From assembly GCF_009914755.1 (NCBI RefSeq), contig NC_060948.1: 64,000 nt of DNA; one strand, 5' to 3'. The notes under the pieces are model-generated. The model was not told the origin of the DNA. It ran no database searches and saw only the letters and a program-made list of their open reading frames with translations. The stretch is from the human T2T-CHM13v2.0 reference genome, Homo sapiens. Positions 1 to 13,625 of the stretch are shown here, piece by piece. The stretch's first letter is position 1; each line of letters starts with the position of its first letter. The translations under genes were made by a program, and so were the position numbers.

Positions 1-940
1 GTTTGTTAATTTTCCTTCTAGCAGTCAGGACCCTCTGCTGAAGGTCTGTTGGAGTTTGCTGGAGGTCCACTCCAGACCCTGTTTCCCGAGGTATGAACAG
101 CAGAGGCTGCAGAGTAGTGAATGTTGCTGAAGAGCAAATGTTGCTGCCTAATCATTCCTCTGGAAGTTTCATCTCAGAGGGGTACCTGGCCGTGTGAAAT
201 GTCAGTCTGCCCTATTTTGGTGCTGTCTCCCAGTTAGGCTACTCAGGGGTCAGGGACTCACTTGAGGCAGTCTGTCCATTCTCAGATCTCAAATTCCATG
301 CTGGGAGAACCACTACTCTCTTCAAAACTGTCAGAAAGGGACATTTAAGTCTGCAAAGATTTCTGCTGCCTTTTGTTTAGCTATGCCTTGCCCTCAGAAG
401 TGGAGTCTACAGATGCAGCCAGGCCTCCTTGAGCTGCAGTGGGCTCCACTCAGTTTGAGCTTCCCAGCTGCTTTGTTTACCTACTCAAGCCTCAGCAATG
501 GTGGTCACACCTCTCCCAGACTCATTGCCATCTTGTAGTTTGGTTTCAAATACTCTGCTAGCTATGATTGAGTTTCTGTGGGTATGAGACCCTCTGTGCC
601 AGGAGTGGGTTATAATCTCCTAGTGTGCCATTTGCTAAGACCATTAGAAATGTGCAGTATTAGGGTGGTAGTGACCCAATTTTCCAGGTGCCATCTGTCA
701 CAGCTTCGCTTGGCTAGGAAAGGGAATTCCTTGACCTCTTGCACTTCCTGGGTGAGGCAATGCCTTGCCATGCTTTGGCTGATACTTGATGTGCTGCACC
801 CACTGTTCTGCACCCACTGTCCAACAAGCCCCAGTGAGATGAACTTGGTACTTCAGTTGGAAATGCAGAAATCACATGTCTTCTGCATCAATAATGCTGG
901 GAGCTGTAGACTGGAGTTTTTCCTATTTGGCCATCATCAG
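1..940 (-). mobile_element. LINE-1 (L1PA) 5' UTR; the element continues leftwards beyond the window
   Basis: Reverse complement of 899-940 matches the L1 5' end (gatggccaaataggaaaaactccagtctacagctccc). The rest matches the 5' UTRs of the other L1s in this window. Confidence 0.93.
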
Positions 941-1430
941 GAATGGTTTTTACAAGTGGGATTAGCCTCAGAGATGGGAGATGGAAGGAAATTAATCTTA
1001 CAGGCATTAGAACCCAGGAGGCAAGGGTCAGGATTGATAGGATAGATAAGCAAGTCTCACTTGGTTAACATGATTTTAAGAGTTCTCCTCATGTCTGCAG
1101 GGTCAACCAACTTATTCTCTGGACCCTGCAGCTGAATGGCTTTCCTATCTGACAACCCTCAGTTCAGCTCAGGAGTACAGAAAAATTGGAAGCTGGTTTC
1201 AGGCAAACCAATGCTCCCAACTCTGAAGAATAGGGGGTTCTTAGAGAGATCTTTCCCAGAAAGCCTTACACCCATGTCTTTAGTCCGGTTGCCATGCTAG
1301 TCACTTTTAATTGGCTGACAGGTGCCTGGCATTTAGCTCACAAATTCTAAGGAAAAATAGGACACAATAGTAAGTAAAAGGGGTCTGATGGTACTCACCA
1401 TATGGGGCTATCCCTGGTGAGCCCCCAAGA
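941..1430 (-). mobile_element. HERV9 internal leader (PBS, splice donor, pre-gag), interrupted by the L1
   Basis: Reverse complement resembles 12580-13060 of the HERV9 in this window. PBS at 1410-1427 reads tgggggctcaccagggat on the minus strand. Donor ggtgagtacc at 1390-1399. Confidence 0.88.
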
Positions 1431-2174
1431 TGTGTTCTGAGTTTTTTTTATTTCTGGTGTGTTTGTGTCCTCACTGACTTCAAGAATGGAACCATGGACC
1501 TTTGCAGCGATTGTTACAGCTCTTAAAGATGGCACAAATGCAGTTGGGCATGGTGGCTCATGCCTGTAATCCCAGCACTTTGGGAGGCTGTGGTAGGTGG
1601 ATCACAATATCAGGAGATCAAGACCATCCTGGTTAACATGGTGAAATCCTGTCTCTATTAAAAATACAAAAAATTAGCCAGGCATGGTGGTGGGCACCTG
1701 TAATCCCAGCTTCTCAGGAGGCTGAGGAAGGAGAATGGCGTCAACCCAGGAGGCAGAGCTTGCAGTGAGCCAAGATAACACCACTGCACACCATCCAGCC
1801 TGGGTGACAGAACGAGACTCCATTAAAAAAAATTACACAAACACAAAGAAGGAGCATCAGGAAGATTTATTGTGAATAGAAAAAGAACAAAGCTTCCATA
1901 GCATGGAAAGGAAGCAAAGTGGATTGCCACTGCTGGCTGGGGTGGCTAGATTTTATTCCCTTATTTGTCCCTGCCCATGTCCTGCTGATTGGTCCATTTT
2001 ACAGAGCACTGACTGGTGAATTTTACAAACCTCTAGCTAGCTACAGAGTACTGACTGGTGTGTTTTACAATCCTAGCTGCAGACTTCTGATTGGGGCATT
2101 TTACAATCCTCTTTTAAGACAAAAATTCTCCAAGTCCCAACCCAACCCAGAAGTCCAACTGGCTCCACTGCTCA
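1431..2174 (-). mobile_element. LTR12-family 5' LTR of HERV9, split by an Alu
   Basis: Minus strand starts tgagcagtggagccagttggacttc, carries ccaatcag repeats and ends gaacaca. Homologous to 20842-21321 and 35927-36572. Confidence 0.9.
1542..1832 (+). mobile_element. Alu (AluY-like)
   Basis: Dimeric Alu with the AluY-type gaatggcg..gagcttgcagtgag segment and an A tail. Confidence 0.9.
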
Positions 2175-2442
2175 CTATTTCTCTTATTTTTTCTTCTATA
2201 TCTCCTCCTGCTCCTCCTCCTTCTTCTCTGTTTCCTTCTCCTCCTCTTTCTCCTATTCTTCCTTGTCTTTCTCCTCCTCCTCTTTGTTTCCTCCTCCTTC
2301 TTTGTTTCCTCCTCTTTCATCTCCTTTTCCCTCCTCGTCTGCCTCCTCTCCTCCTTCTTCTTTCTCTCTGCCTTTCTCTTACTTCCTTTGTTCTTTTTTC
2401 CTTCCCACCTTCCTTCCCTTCCTTGTTTCTTTCTTCCTTCTT
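2175..2442. repeat. CT-rich low-complexity polypyrimidine tract
   Basis: About 270 nt of almost only C/T (ctcct, cttc units). Confidence 0.95.
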
Positions 2443-2705
2443 TAAGCACCCCATGCAACAAATCCCACACAGTCATTTGCAAATATGTGTGTCATTGGAA
2501 TATGATTAAAGACATATTAAAAACAGTACCAATCAGCCAAAAAAAATAGTGGGTCTGATATAGGTCAGATATCATTATGAAACCACCTGTAGCTCTATTC
2601 CGGAATGGGATGGATGTTGAAGGCTGACACACATCCAACATAAAACACAGTCTCAACCACATGACCAGCAATTCCACTCTTGAGTAGGTACAGAGAAGAA
2701 TTTGT

Positions 2706-2840
2706 GTCAGGCATGGTGGCTTCTCCCTGTAATCCTAGCATTTTGAGAGCCCGAGATGGGAGGGTCACTTGAGGCAAGGAATTCAAGACCAGCCTAATCA
2801 ACATACTGAGACCCCCATCACTAAGTTAAAAAAAAAAAAA
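2706..2840 (+). mobile_element. Alu left monomer (FLAM-like)
   Basis: Single arm with A tail, flanked by aagaatt duplication. Confidence 0.85.
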
Positions 2841-2891
2841 GAATTCAGAGTCCAACAGATATGTACACACTCATATTCATAGCAGTACCAT

Positions 2892-3150
2892 GGGTTAAGC
2901 AGTGTGGTAAATGCCTGTAATCCCAGCAGTTTGGGAGGCCAAGGTGGGTATATCACTTAAGTCTAGGTGATCTGAATAAAAAACACAAAAATTAGCTGGG
3001 GGTGTTTCACAGCTGTAGTCACAGCTACTTGGAAGGCTGAGGAGGGAGAATCATTTGAATCTAGGAAGCTGAGGTTGTAATGAACCAAGCTTTTGCCACT
3101 ACACTTCAGCCTGGGCAACAGATGAAGACCTTGTTGCTAAATAAATAAAT
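2892..3150 (+). mobile_element. Alu (AluJ-like) with internal deletion
   Basis: Both arms recognisable, left arm end missing, (taaa)n tail. Confidence 0.8.
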
Positions 3151-3517
3151 GCATAGCCAAACATAGCAAGATGCAGAAGAGGCAGAAAGTAGAAACAACT
3201 TAAATATTCATCAGAGCATGAAAGCATTTACATAAATGGAGTTCACACATGCAACAGATTATTACTGGAAAATGAAAAGAAATGGAGCTCTCATTCATGC
3301 TGTCATATGAATGAACATTGAAAACATGATGTTAAATTTCAAAAGACAGACACAAATGTTTCATGTTGTATGATTCTATTTATATGAAATGTCTAGAATA
3401 GGCAAAGAGAGAGATGGCAGACTGCTATTTGCTGGAAGCTTCAGGTAGGGAGAGGATTGTTGGACAAGGGGCTGATAATCATTGGATGTAGTATATTTGT
3501 GAGTTATAAAAGTGTTT

Positions 3518-3824
3518 TACTGGGCATGGTGGCCCACATCTGCAATACCAGCACTTTGGAAGGGCAAGTCAGGTAGATCACATAAGGCCAGGAGTTCAAG
3601 ACCAGACTTGCCAACATGGTAAAGCCCTGTCTCAACTAAAAATACAAAAATTAGCCAGACATGGTCGTAGGTAACTGTAATCTCAGCTAGCTGGGAAGCT
3701 GAAGCATGAGAATCATTTGAACCTGGGAGGAGGTGGAGGTTGCAATAAGCAGAGTTCTAGCCACTGCTGTCCAGCCTGGGCAACAGAGTGAGGCTGTGTC
3801 TCAAAAAAAATAAATAAATAAATA
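3518..3824 (+). mobile_element. Alu
   Basis: Full dimer with TSD ataaaagtgttt on both sides. Confidence 0.9.
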
Positions 3825-3930
3825 AAAGTGTTTGAGCATTGATTGGCATAATCATTGCACAACCTTGTTGTTCACACAACACTAACTTACGGTTGTGAAT
3901 GCACTAAATGCCATCAAACTCCACACTTTA

Positions 3931-4392
3931 TTTTATTTTATTATTTATTATTATTGTTATTGTACTTTAAGTTCTGGAGTACAAGTGCAGAAAATGCAGG
4001 TTTGTTACATATGCATACGTGTGGCATGGTGGTTTACTGAATCCATCAATCCATTGTCTACATTAGGTATTTCTCCTAATGCTATCCCTCTCCTAGCCTG
4101 AAAACTCCTGACAGGCCCTGGTGTGTGATATTCTGCTCCCTGTGCCTATGTGTTCTCTTTATTGAACTCCCACTTATGAGTGTGAACATGCGCTGTTTTG
4201 TTTTCTGTTCCTGCGTTAGTTTGCTGAGAGTGATGATTTCCAGTTTCATCCATGTCCCTGCAAAGGATATGAACTCGTCCTTTTTATATGGCTGCATAGT
4301 ATTCCTTATTGTATATGTGCCATGTTTTCTTTATCCAGTCTATCATTAATGGGCATTTGGGTTGGTTCCAAGTTTTTGCTATTGAGAAGAGC
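3931..4392 (-). mobile_element. 5'-truncated L1PA 3' end
   Basis: L1 3' UTR and ORF2 end on the minus strand. TSD aaactccacacttta (3916-3930) vs aaattgtacacttta (4393-4407), 12/15 match. Confidence 0.9.
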
Positions 4393-4960
4393 AAATTGTA
4401 CACTTTAAATGGCTAAAGTGGTAAACTGTATGTTAGGTGTATCTTGCAACAATTAAAATAGAAAACTATAACTTCACAGTCTCAGCGATGTGACACCCAT
4501 CCTCCCATGGCTAGTGGCTGATGTTCTGCCAGAGCCTGAGGCTGGAAAGAAATTCCAAAATCGGCAATGGTTTTTGAGAGGTTTCATCAACAGGTTACTA
4601 TGGACACCCTTTATTAACTGTGCCTTTTGTTGGAGTGCTTTGTGGTATCCAGGTCAAACCCTGAAGGAAATGAAATCCCCTCTGCTGCTCCTGTCTTTGG
4701 GATTATGTTTCTCCCAGTTCTCAGCAGTGGCTGCATCTCATACACCCTTTGAGCTCCTCTGAGTCTGAGTCTCTAGGGAGTTGTCAGGGATATCCTCATC
4801 TTATCCCAAGCAGCAGCTGGGTGGTAGGAGCCCACCTGTGCACACCCACCCAGCAGGTACCCTTCCTTCTCTGGGAGCAGCTCGCCTTCCTGGGAGCCCC
4901 ATTCCTCAGCCATGCAGAAAGCTGTGGATAAAGGGCACCTTGGAAGCACTGAAGTATTGG

Positions 4961-5980
<1,020 letters not shown>

Positions 5981-7304
5981 ATAGGAGGCACAACAAGACC
6001 AAAATTCATTTGTTTAAACCTCCTTAGAACATCTCCTAGGACTGCTTTCCTTCTGTTCAATTGCAGCTGTTTTCTGGTAATGTAAAACATTATGCTTACC
6101 TTACAGTTCCCAAAAACTCATTGGCCAAACCTCTTTTTCTCCTACAGAAGAAAATCTACCTGAAAAAAAAAACAAAAAACAAAACCGGCAACCACAGATG
6201 GATATCAGATGAAACCTATTCCCAAGGCCTCCATTAACCTGCCTTGCTGAGGGAGGGAGACTTGGCCCCATCCCTATCACCAGAAAGATGTCATGTTTTG
6301 CAGCCTTAGGTAGAACTCACTTTTCTGCAAAAAGCAAAACAAAACACTTTGGGGTACAGCTTCTGCAGACAGATCTAGGTCAGATCTTCAAAGGAACAGT
6401 TTGAAACAGGAGTCATGAGGTCTGCCTTTTCTCAAAACCTCCTCCCCATCAGGGACTTGCAAGGGAAAGGACTAGGAGATCAAATTCCATCTGCATTGTA
6501 TCTGCTTGGTTCTGAGAACTCCCGGGGAAGATCTGCAGAGCCGGTTGCCTCCCCAAGCCTCATGTCCAGTCTTTTCTTTCCATCTTTTTTTTTTTTTTTT
6601 GGAGAAGTTTCTGAGCTAGACGCATTTATTTCTCCTTGTATTCAACAAGATAACCTCTAAAAAACCTGTTTGTCAGGCTTTAAGTATTCCAGTACAGAAG
6701 CATGCAGAGAAAAATATTTAAGGTGAAATGAGAGCTCTGACTGATGTTTCTGTTCCTTAGGTCCTGTGGCAGCAGGAAGTTGCTCCAAGGAAACCTCAGA
6801 AACCCAGGTGGCAGACAGGAGAGGAACCTGGCTCCCCCAAGAGCCAAACTGCAGCACTCACTACTCTAAACTGCCTTTCTGAGAGGTATTTATTTTCCAC
6901 ATTTGAAAAGTGGGTAAAATGAGTCAAAAGATCTTCCTATGAGACAACTTAGCTTACCTTGAGGTAATTCTAACTGCTGTGGATTCCTGCAAACACCCAT
7001 CTTTGTGCACCAAGCAACTTTTTCAGTGTACAATAAGACAATTAAGAGGAACATACCATTCTGGTCCTCTGTTCAGTCTTTTTTTTTTTTTTCTATGTGA
7101 TTTCAACATCAGGTTAATTGGCAATTGCAGTTAACATAAAGTGCTTCCTTGCCAGTATTAAACTAGGTTTCAAATTTGTCAAGTATTTAAAATTGTGTTC
7201 ATCTTGGAAGATGAGCCCTTCCTGAAAGCTTTTATATGAAAAGTTATTGATTGAAGCATTCCAGCTTCAAAGGAAAGGGAATTCTAACACAGGCTACAGT
7301 GTAC

Positions 7305-7385
7305 CTGAAACTTGAGGATGGCATACCTAGTGAAATAAGCCAGGCACTAAAGGATAACTATAGTGTGGTTCTTCTCATTTGAGAT
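7305..7385 (+). mobile_element. L1M 3' fragment; resumes at about 24800-24910 and 25280-25348
   Basis: cttgaggatggcatacctagtgaaataagccaggcac continues as tacttggaatagtcaaaactgtagaaacaga at 24804. Confidence 0.6.
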
Positions 7386-7529
7386 GATCAACATAAAAGG
7401 AAGAAACTCAGGCAAATTTAATATAAATAGAGCATTTATTTGGCCAAGCTTGAGGCTTTCATCACTGAAGAACAGACTCAAGTTGCCATGAATACACAAT
7501 TAGATGCTCTGATCAGCAGAAGTTGTAAG
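7385..7529 (-). mobile_element. ERV1 solo LTR (LTR47-like), first part
   Basis: aaaggaagaaactcaggcaaatttaatataaatagagcatttatttggccaagcttgagg. Continues at 24294-24800 after the provirus and its TSD taag. Confidence 0.6.
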
Positions 7530-7980
7530 TGTCACAGATGACAAATTCTTCATCAAGAAGTTTTAGTTCCCTGTTCTTTGTTTCTTAAGACCAACTTCCT
7601 TCTATGTCTTGTCTCCTAGCTACCTAATCTGTAAACAACTTTCCCATCTTTGCTGTGCCCTGACAAGTTCAGATATGCCTTCTCGCCTAGTAACAAACAG
7701 TTTCTGTTTCTTCCCATCTAATAGAACCTATTCAATTTTAAACCTTCCCCAGTCATGTTAGCTTAGATGGTGGGGTCCAACCTCAGCCAAAGGAGAAAGG
7801 ACACAGAAGTGCTAGAAACTGCATTAGGGATAAAAATCCCTGCCCTATCCCACTTGACATGATCTTTTGATCATTACTGGGGCAAGCCGCACACCTTCTA
7901 CAGAAGTAAATTTGCCATGCTGAAGAATGTTCTGCCTATGTGCTTGTTTTCATTGTGGCACTGGGCAACTGTTTCTAACA
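7530..7980 (+). mobile_element. LTR10-family 5' LTR
   Basis: tgtcacagatg...gtttctaaca with TATA-like gataaaaa and polyA-like agtaaa. Matches 23853-24293. Confidence 0.9.
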
Positions 7981-7983
7981 ATT

Positions 7984-8001
7984 TGGGGGCCCATCCAAGA
8001 T
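7984..8001 (+). promoter_or_regulatory. Primer binding site, tRNA-Pro type
   Basis: tgggggcccatccaagat vs Pro PBS tgggggctcgtccgggat, 14/18. Confidence 0.8.
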
Positions 8002-8588
8002 TCCCATTCTTCTCTGGGGAGGAATCTCTGATCATCTTTCATTAGAAGATATATGCTGCTGCCTCACTGTGGTGGTCTCAGGGGTAAGGGGTCAAGACCC
8101 ACCTGCTGTGATGAATAAACATGGACTCTCAGTGATGTGGGAAGTAAAGGCCTATAGATACACAATGATCAAGTAACTTTGTGGAGAGATCAAGGTAAGA
8201 AAAACCATGGAGATGGTGAAGTATTTCCTTGGTGATCAGAACACCCTGGATGTTGAAAGTGTGTGAGATGTACAATTGAGTGCAGAGTCTGGATCTGGTC
8301 CTGAGGTCACCTCATACTGCTTAAAAGCAGCTTGCCTGTCGTGGGGTTTCTACCAACCTGCCTATGTTAAGAGCGATCTGAAAATTCCCACAAGGAAAGC
8401 AGATGGTGAAGGATGAAGCAAAAGATAAAGAGTGCCAGAAACCTGTAGCAGAGAGGGGAGGTTGAACCTCTCTGGAAAAAGAAATCTCTAGTAGCAGAGG
8501 TTGAGCCTCACAGAATTGCTAGGGTATAAGAAATCTCTAGTAAGAGACAGTGAGGCCTGTAAAGTCAGGGAAAAATACTTTCTCCAGG

Positions 8589-9909
8589 ATGGGAAATAAA
8601 ACAAGTAAGATGAAATGTAGGAAAGATCATGATCATGATAATATACACTCTGATAGTCCCCTGGGCCTAATGTTAGAATACTGAAAGGATAGTCAAAGGA
8701 GCAAACACAAGAAAAAGCAACAAATAATAAAATACTGCTGTTTTATTTGGACAAAAATACCTATCCTCAAACCCTCAGTTTTCTGGCCAACATTTGGATC
8801 AAATGAGGATTGTATCTGTCAACTCTTAATAGAATATGACAATGATAAAAATCCTGTCTCACAGGAAGAAAGAGACTATGCCTTATGCTGGCAGCAAGGT
8901 TGGGTTCTCCAGTAACCCCTAAAAGCTACAGGAGATAAGTCAAAAACTATCTCCTATGAAGAGGTTAAACCTGAACAGTATGCTTACACATGAGACCCTT
9001 TAGAGCAGCTTCCCCTACCAAATACCCCTAACCTTACTCTCCCCCAAGCAGCTGCCACCCCAAACCCTTCCTCTATGCATGTTATTCCTACCCCCATAAT
9101 CCTTAGTGTCACCCCTTAAGAAGACTTCCTCATGAGATATAACAATGTAAGAAAGATATCCAAAATTTCCCTTTTTCCCCAATACCTTCAAAGAGTCTGC
9201 TCCATCTCTTTTCCTTAAGAGAAGTGCCTCTTGAAGGAGGAGGCATTGAGTTTGTGAGCACCCCCTTAACGAGCTCAGAAGTCCAAAACCTAAAAAGGGA
9301 ACTTAAACTACTCTTAGATGACATTTACAGAGTGGCATATCAAATTGACGGGTTTCTAGGATCCCAATTATATACTTGGGCCAAGTTAATGTCTATCTTA
9401 GGCATCTTATTCTCAGAAGAAAAAGGAGCATGATACACAGGGCCACTATGATAGTTTTGCAATGTGAACACCCTCCAGATCAGAACGTCCCAGCAGCTGA
9501 CAAAAACTTCCCAGCCCAGGATCTTCCATGGAATAACAGCAATATAGTCCATTCAGGAAATATGAAAGACCTTAGGGAGATGATAATAAAAGGAATTTGA
9601 GAATCACTGTCCTGCACCCAAAGTCTTACCAAGGCCTTCAATATACAACAGCGAAAAGATGAGGGACTGATAACATTTTTAGAAAGGCTTAAAGAGCAAA
9701 TGGGAAAATATGCTGGCCTACAATAAGAAGGCCTCCTTGGACAAGGAATGTTAAAGTTCCACTTTGTTACCAATAGCTGGCCAGGCATAACTAAAAAATT
9801 ACAGAACAAATGTTTCACATGTGGAAAAATAGGTCACTTTAAAAGACAATGTCCTGAATGGGACAAGAAAGAAATAGTCATCCCACTTATGGCTTTTGAA
9901 GAAGACTAG
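8589..9909 (+). pseudogene. gag: HERV-IP10 gag, disrupted
   Basis: Starts ATG GGA AAT (MG myristoylation motif). Capsid fragments are in ORFs 9224 and 9376. CCHC knuckle CFTCGKIGHFKRQC at 9811-9852. Ends TAG followed by ggaagtcagggg, resembling the gammaretroviral readthrough context. Confidence 0.85.
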
Positions 9910-12108
9910 GGAAGTCAGGGGCTCTATCTTTTTATCTTGGGTGCCACGAAGAGCCCTTGATAAATTTAGAAGTGGAATGTAAACCTGAGCTTATTACCTT
10001 TTTAATTGATTCAGGATCATCTCACTCAGCTGATTCTTATCTTCCATCCAGTGTAACTTGCTCACAAGAAGATGTTTTATCTCTGGGGTAAAAGGAGAAG
10101 AGTTTAGAGCAAAAATCTTAGAGGAGAGCAAAAGTATTAGAGGAGATGGAAGTAAAATATAAAAACTGATTAGCTAGTATCAAATTTCTGCTAATTCTAG
10201 AAGCAGGGACAAATCTGTTAGGAAGATATTTAATGCTAAAATTAGGCTTAGGCCTCCAAATTAATCATGGAAGTTTCCTCCCCTCCCTAAACTTCCTAAC
10301 CACCGCAGATGAAGAACATATTCATCCTGAGTTATGGTCTAAAGATAGGAATCAAGGAAAATTATGAATTCCTTCAATTCATATTAAATTAAAAATGCCT
10401 GGGGAAGTAGTAAAGAGAAAGCAACACCTTATTCCTTTAGAAGCCAGGGTAAATTTAAAATCTATATTGAAGGTCTTCTCCATGATTAGTTTCATTAACC
10501 CTGTATGTCTCCCTACACTTCTCCATTACTACTTGCAAGGAAACCAGATGGGTCATACCAGTTACTACAAGACCTTAGAGCTATTAATCAGATAGTATAA
10601 ACTACACATCCCATTTTTCCGAACCCTTATACTATTATCAGTATGATCCCATACAGCCATTAGAGGTTTACAGTAATAGATTTAAAGGATGCCTTTTGGG
10701 CTTGTCCATTAGCAGAATACAGCTGGGACCTATTTGCCTATAAGTGGGAAGATGCTAACTCCAGTTGAAAATGGCAATACCAATGATCAGTCTTACCCCA
10801 AGGGTTTAGAGTCTCCAAATTTATTTAGTCAAATATTAGAAAAGTCCTAGATAAACCTTCTTTTTCCTCACAAATGTGCCTCCTGCAGTACATGGAAGAT
10901 CTTCTAATTTCAGGGAATGATAGAAAAAGAGTAGCAGCCTTCTTAACCCATGTCTTAAATTTTCTATGGGATAAAGGTCTAAAGGTCTTGAAAAAAATAA
11001 ATAAAGCACTCAAATTTGTAAAACCTGAAGTAAAATATTTGGGGCATTTAATTAGGAAAGGTCAATAGAAAATTGGGATTGAATGGATTGTTCTTGCCTC
11101 TAGTGAAAACTAAACAAGAATTTAGAAAATTTTTAGGATTAGTTGGATACTGTCATCTATAGATAGGCTGTTATGCCCTAGAAACAGAACCTTTATAAAA
11201 AAAAAAAAAAAGCTCACACAGACAAGTCACACAACCTCATTTGGCAATTACTGGAAATCTGACAGGTGTAAAGGTTAAAACATCTGTTAGTAACTCCTCT
11301 TGTCCTAGCTTTACCCTCCTTAGAGCAGCCATTCCATCTTTTTATCAATGTAAACAAAGACATAGCCTTAGGAGTATTTACCCAGAAGCACGGAGGCCAC
11401 TGGCCATCTGTTGCCTTTCTATCAAAACCCTTTGACCCAGTAACCTGTGGATGGACCAAAGGCATTCAATTGGTAATGGCAACTGCTTTGCTAACAGAAG
11501 AAAGTAGAAAAATACCTTTTGGAGGAAACCTCATTGTGAACACAACCCACCAGGTCAAAACTATCCTAGTCAAAAGGCAGAAAGGTGGCTTACTGACTCA
11601 AAGATTTTAAAATATGAGACTATCTTGTTAGAAAAAGATGATTTAACTCTAACCACTGATGATTCACTTAACCCTGCTGCCTTCTTAACAGGAAATCCAA
11701 ACCCCCCAAAAAACCCACACCACAGACCAGAAGAACATGACATGAATGTTTAGATATTATTGTCTATCAGACAAGAGCTAGACCAGATTTAAATAAACTC
11801 CCCTTCCAACGAAAACACACCTTTTTTGTACATAATTATTCTCAAGTAATAAGAGGTAAAAGCCTTAATGGGTACTTAATGTAGACGGAGACACCCTCAC
11901 AGAAATGGAAGCAGCAAGATTACCTAATGATTGGTCTGAGCAAACATGTGAGTTGTTTGCACTATAACAAGCCTTGAAATTTTGGCAAAACTGGGAAGGA
12001 ATGGTTTATACTTACTCAAAGTCAAGTATGTCTTTGATGTAGCCCACACCTTTGGAAAAATTTGGGCAGAGTAAGTACTATTACTTATTAATAGTAAAGG
12101 CCAAAACT
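9910..12108 (+). pseudogene. pol: HERV-IP10 pro-pol (protease, RT, part of RNase H), disrupted
   Basis: FLIDSG protease motif near 10000, DLKDAFW at 10679, LQYMEDLL (decayed YxDD) in ORF 10874, VKYLGHLI. Confidence 0.88.
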
Positions 12109-12578
12109 CTCTTGTAAAATGCATCTGTCAGTGCTCTGTTAAATGAGCACTCTGTAGCTAGTTATAAGTTTGTAAAATGCATGAATCAGCACTCTGTAGT
12201 TAGCTAGAGGTTTGTAAAATGCACCAATCAGTACTTTGTAAGATGGACCAATCAGCACTCTGTAAAATGGACCAATCAGCACTCTGTAAAATGAAAAAAT
12301 CAACAGTCTGTAAAATGGACGGATTAGCAGGACATTGGTGGAGACAAATAAGGTAATAAAAGCTGGCCACCCCAGCCAGCAGCTGCAACCCAGTCAGGTC
12401 CCCTTCCATGCTGTGGAAGCTTTGTTCTTTTACTCTCCACAATAAAGCTTGCTGCTGCTCACTCTTTGCATCCCTGTCACTTTTAAGAGCTGTAACACTT
12501 ACACAAAGGTCCACAGCTTCATTTATGAAGTCAGCAAGACCGTGAACCCACCAGAAGCAACCAACTCTGGATACATGT

Positions 12579-12596
12579 TTGGGGCTCCTCCAGGAT
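12579..12596 (+). promoter_or_regulatory. Primer binding site, tRNA-Pro type
   Basis: ttggggctcctccaggat vs tgggggctcgtccgggat, 15/18, just after the LTR end ggataca. Confidence 0.75.
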
Positions 12597-13471
12597 GTTG
12601 TCAAGCAGTGAATACCACTGGACCCCTTTTGCTTGCTATTCTGTCCTATTTTTCCTTAGAACTCAGGGTCTACACACTGCGCACCTGTCAGTGAGTAACA
12701 TGTGACTAGGTGACTGCAGAGTAAAGACATGGGTGTCAGGCTTTCTGGGAATGGGAGCTCTAACAATCCCCAACTCTTCAGAGGTGGGAGAATTGGTTTG
12801 CCTGAAACCAGCTTCCACTTTTCCTGTACTTCTGGGCTGAGCTGAGGGTCAACAGAGAGGAAAGCCATTCAGCTCCAAGGTCCCAACAAAAAGGTGGCTG
12901 ACCTTACAGCCAGGAGTGGAACTCTCAAAGCTACATCACCCAAGTGAGACTCACTCATCTATCCTATCTACCCTGACCCTTGCCTTCTAGGTCCTAATGC
13001 ATGTCAGAAAAACTTCCCCTTACCTCTCTTATCTGAGGGTAGTTCTGCTTCAAAAACCACTCCCTGTCCCTGGTGATCTTCTAGTTTTTCCTATAAGGAT
13101 AATTCCTGGTATAAGTTTTGGGACTCTGTTCCCTTCTTTAGACACCCAGTCTCACCAATCAGAAGACTTTTTTTTAGGCAAAGTCCCATTTGGGGGGACT
13201 ATCTGAAATACCATCTATCTTTTTAGGATCTGTACTCAGGCAAGCAGATGTAACAAAGGCTGTTCCCAAAGCTAGGATATAGGGAGCCTCAGAAATTTTA
13301 TCCTTCCTATTCATATAATGAGAAGTGAAGCCAAAGACATCACTCTTCTAACCCTAGAGATCCTATCCCTCCATCAGGATATGACCCGCTACCCCATTTT
13401 AGGGAATATCATCTTTATAGGACAGGGGTAAGTTCCCAATACTAACAGGAGAAAATGCTTAGGACTCTAAC

Positions 13472-13625
13472 AGGTTTTCAAGAATGTGTCAGTAAGGGCC
13501 ACTAAATCCAATTTTTCTTGGTCCTCTTTGTGGTCTAAGGAAAGGCAATGGTGCTGGTTTTTGAGCAAGCATCAGTAAGGACCACTAAATCTGACCTTTC
13601 TCAGTCCTTTGTGTGGTCTAGGAGG
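13472..13625 (+). repeat. About 85-bp tandem duplication in the HERV9 pre-gag leader
   Basis: ggtttt..tcagtaagg.ccactaaatc..gtggtcta.g occurs twice. Confidence 0.7.

Larger units (their letters stand above)
2660..4465 (+). mobile_element. Old L1M (L1MB-like) 3' end fragmented by three Alus and an L1PA
   Basis: Pieces atgaccagcaattccact, tgtatgattctatttatatgaaatgtctagaataggcaaa and aaattgtacactttaaatggctaa occur in collinear order. Confidence 0.7.

Noticed and set aside
578-1045. 155-aa ORF
   Set aside because: Antisense reading of the L1 5' UTR running into HERV9 leader. Similar peptides recur at 52820-53158, so it is repeat-derived.
1919-2509. 196-aa Pro/Leu/Ser-rich ORF and 122-aa Arg/Lys/Glu-rich antisense ORF
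   Set aside because: Artefacts of the CT-rich tract, which lacks stop codons.
4490-4960. Overlapping short ORFs in non-repeat sequence
   Set aside because: No motifs or gene structure, and lengths are expected by chance.
12112-12330. Regularly spaced repeats resembling a CRISPR array (also 20910-21075 and 36000-36260)
   Set aside because: These are LTR12 U3 CCAAT tandem units with no unique spacers, and there are no cas genes in this primate DNA.
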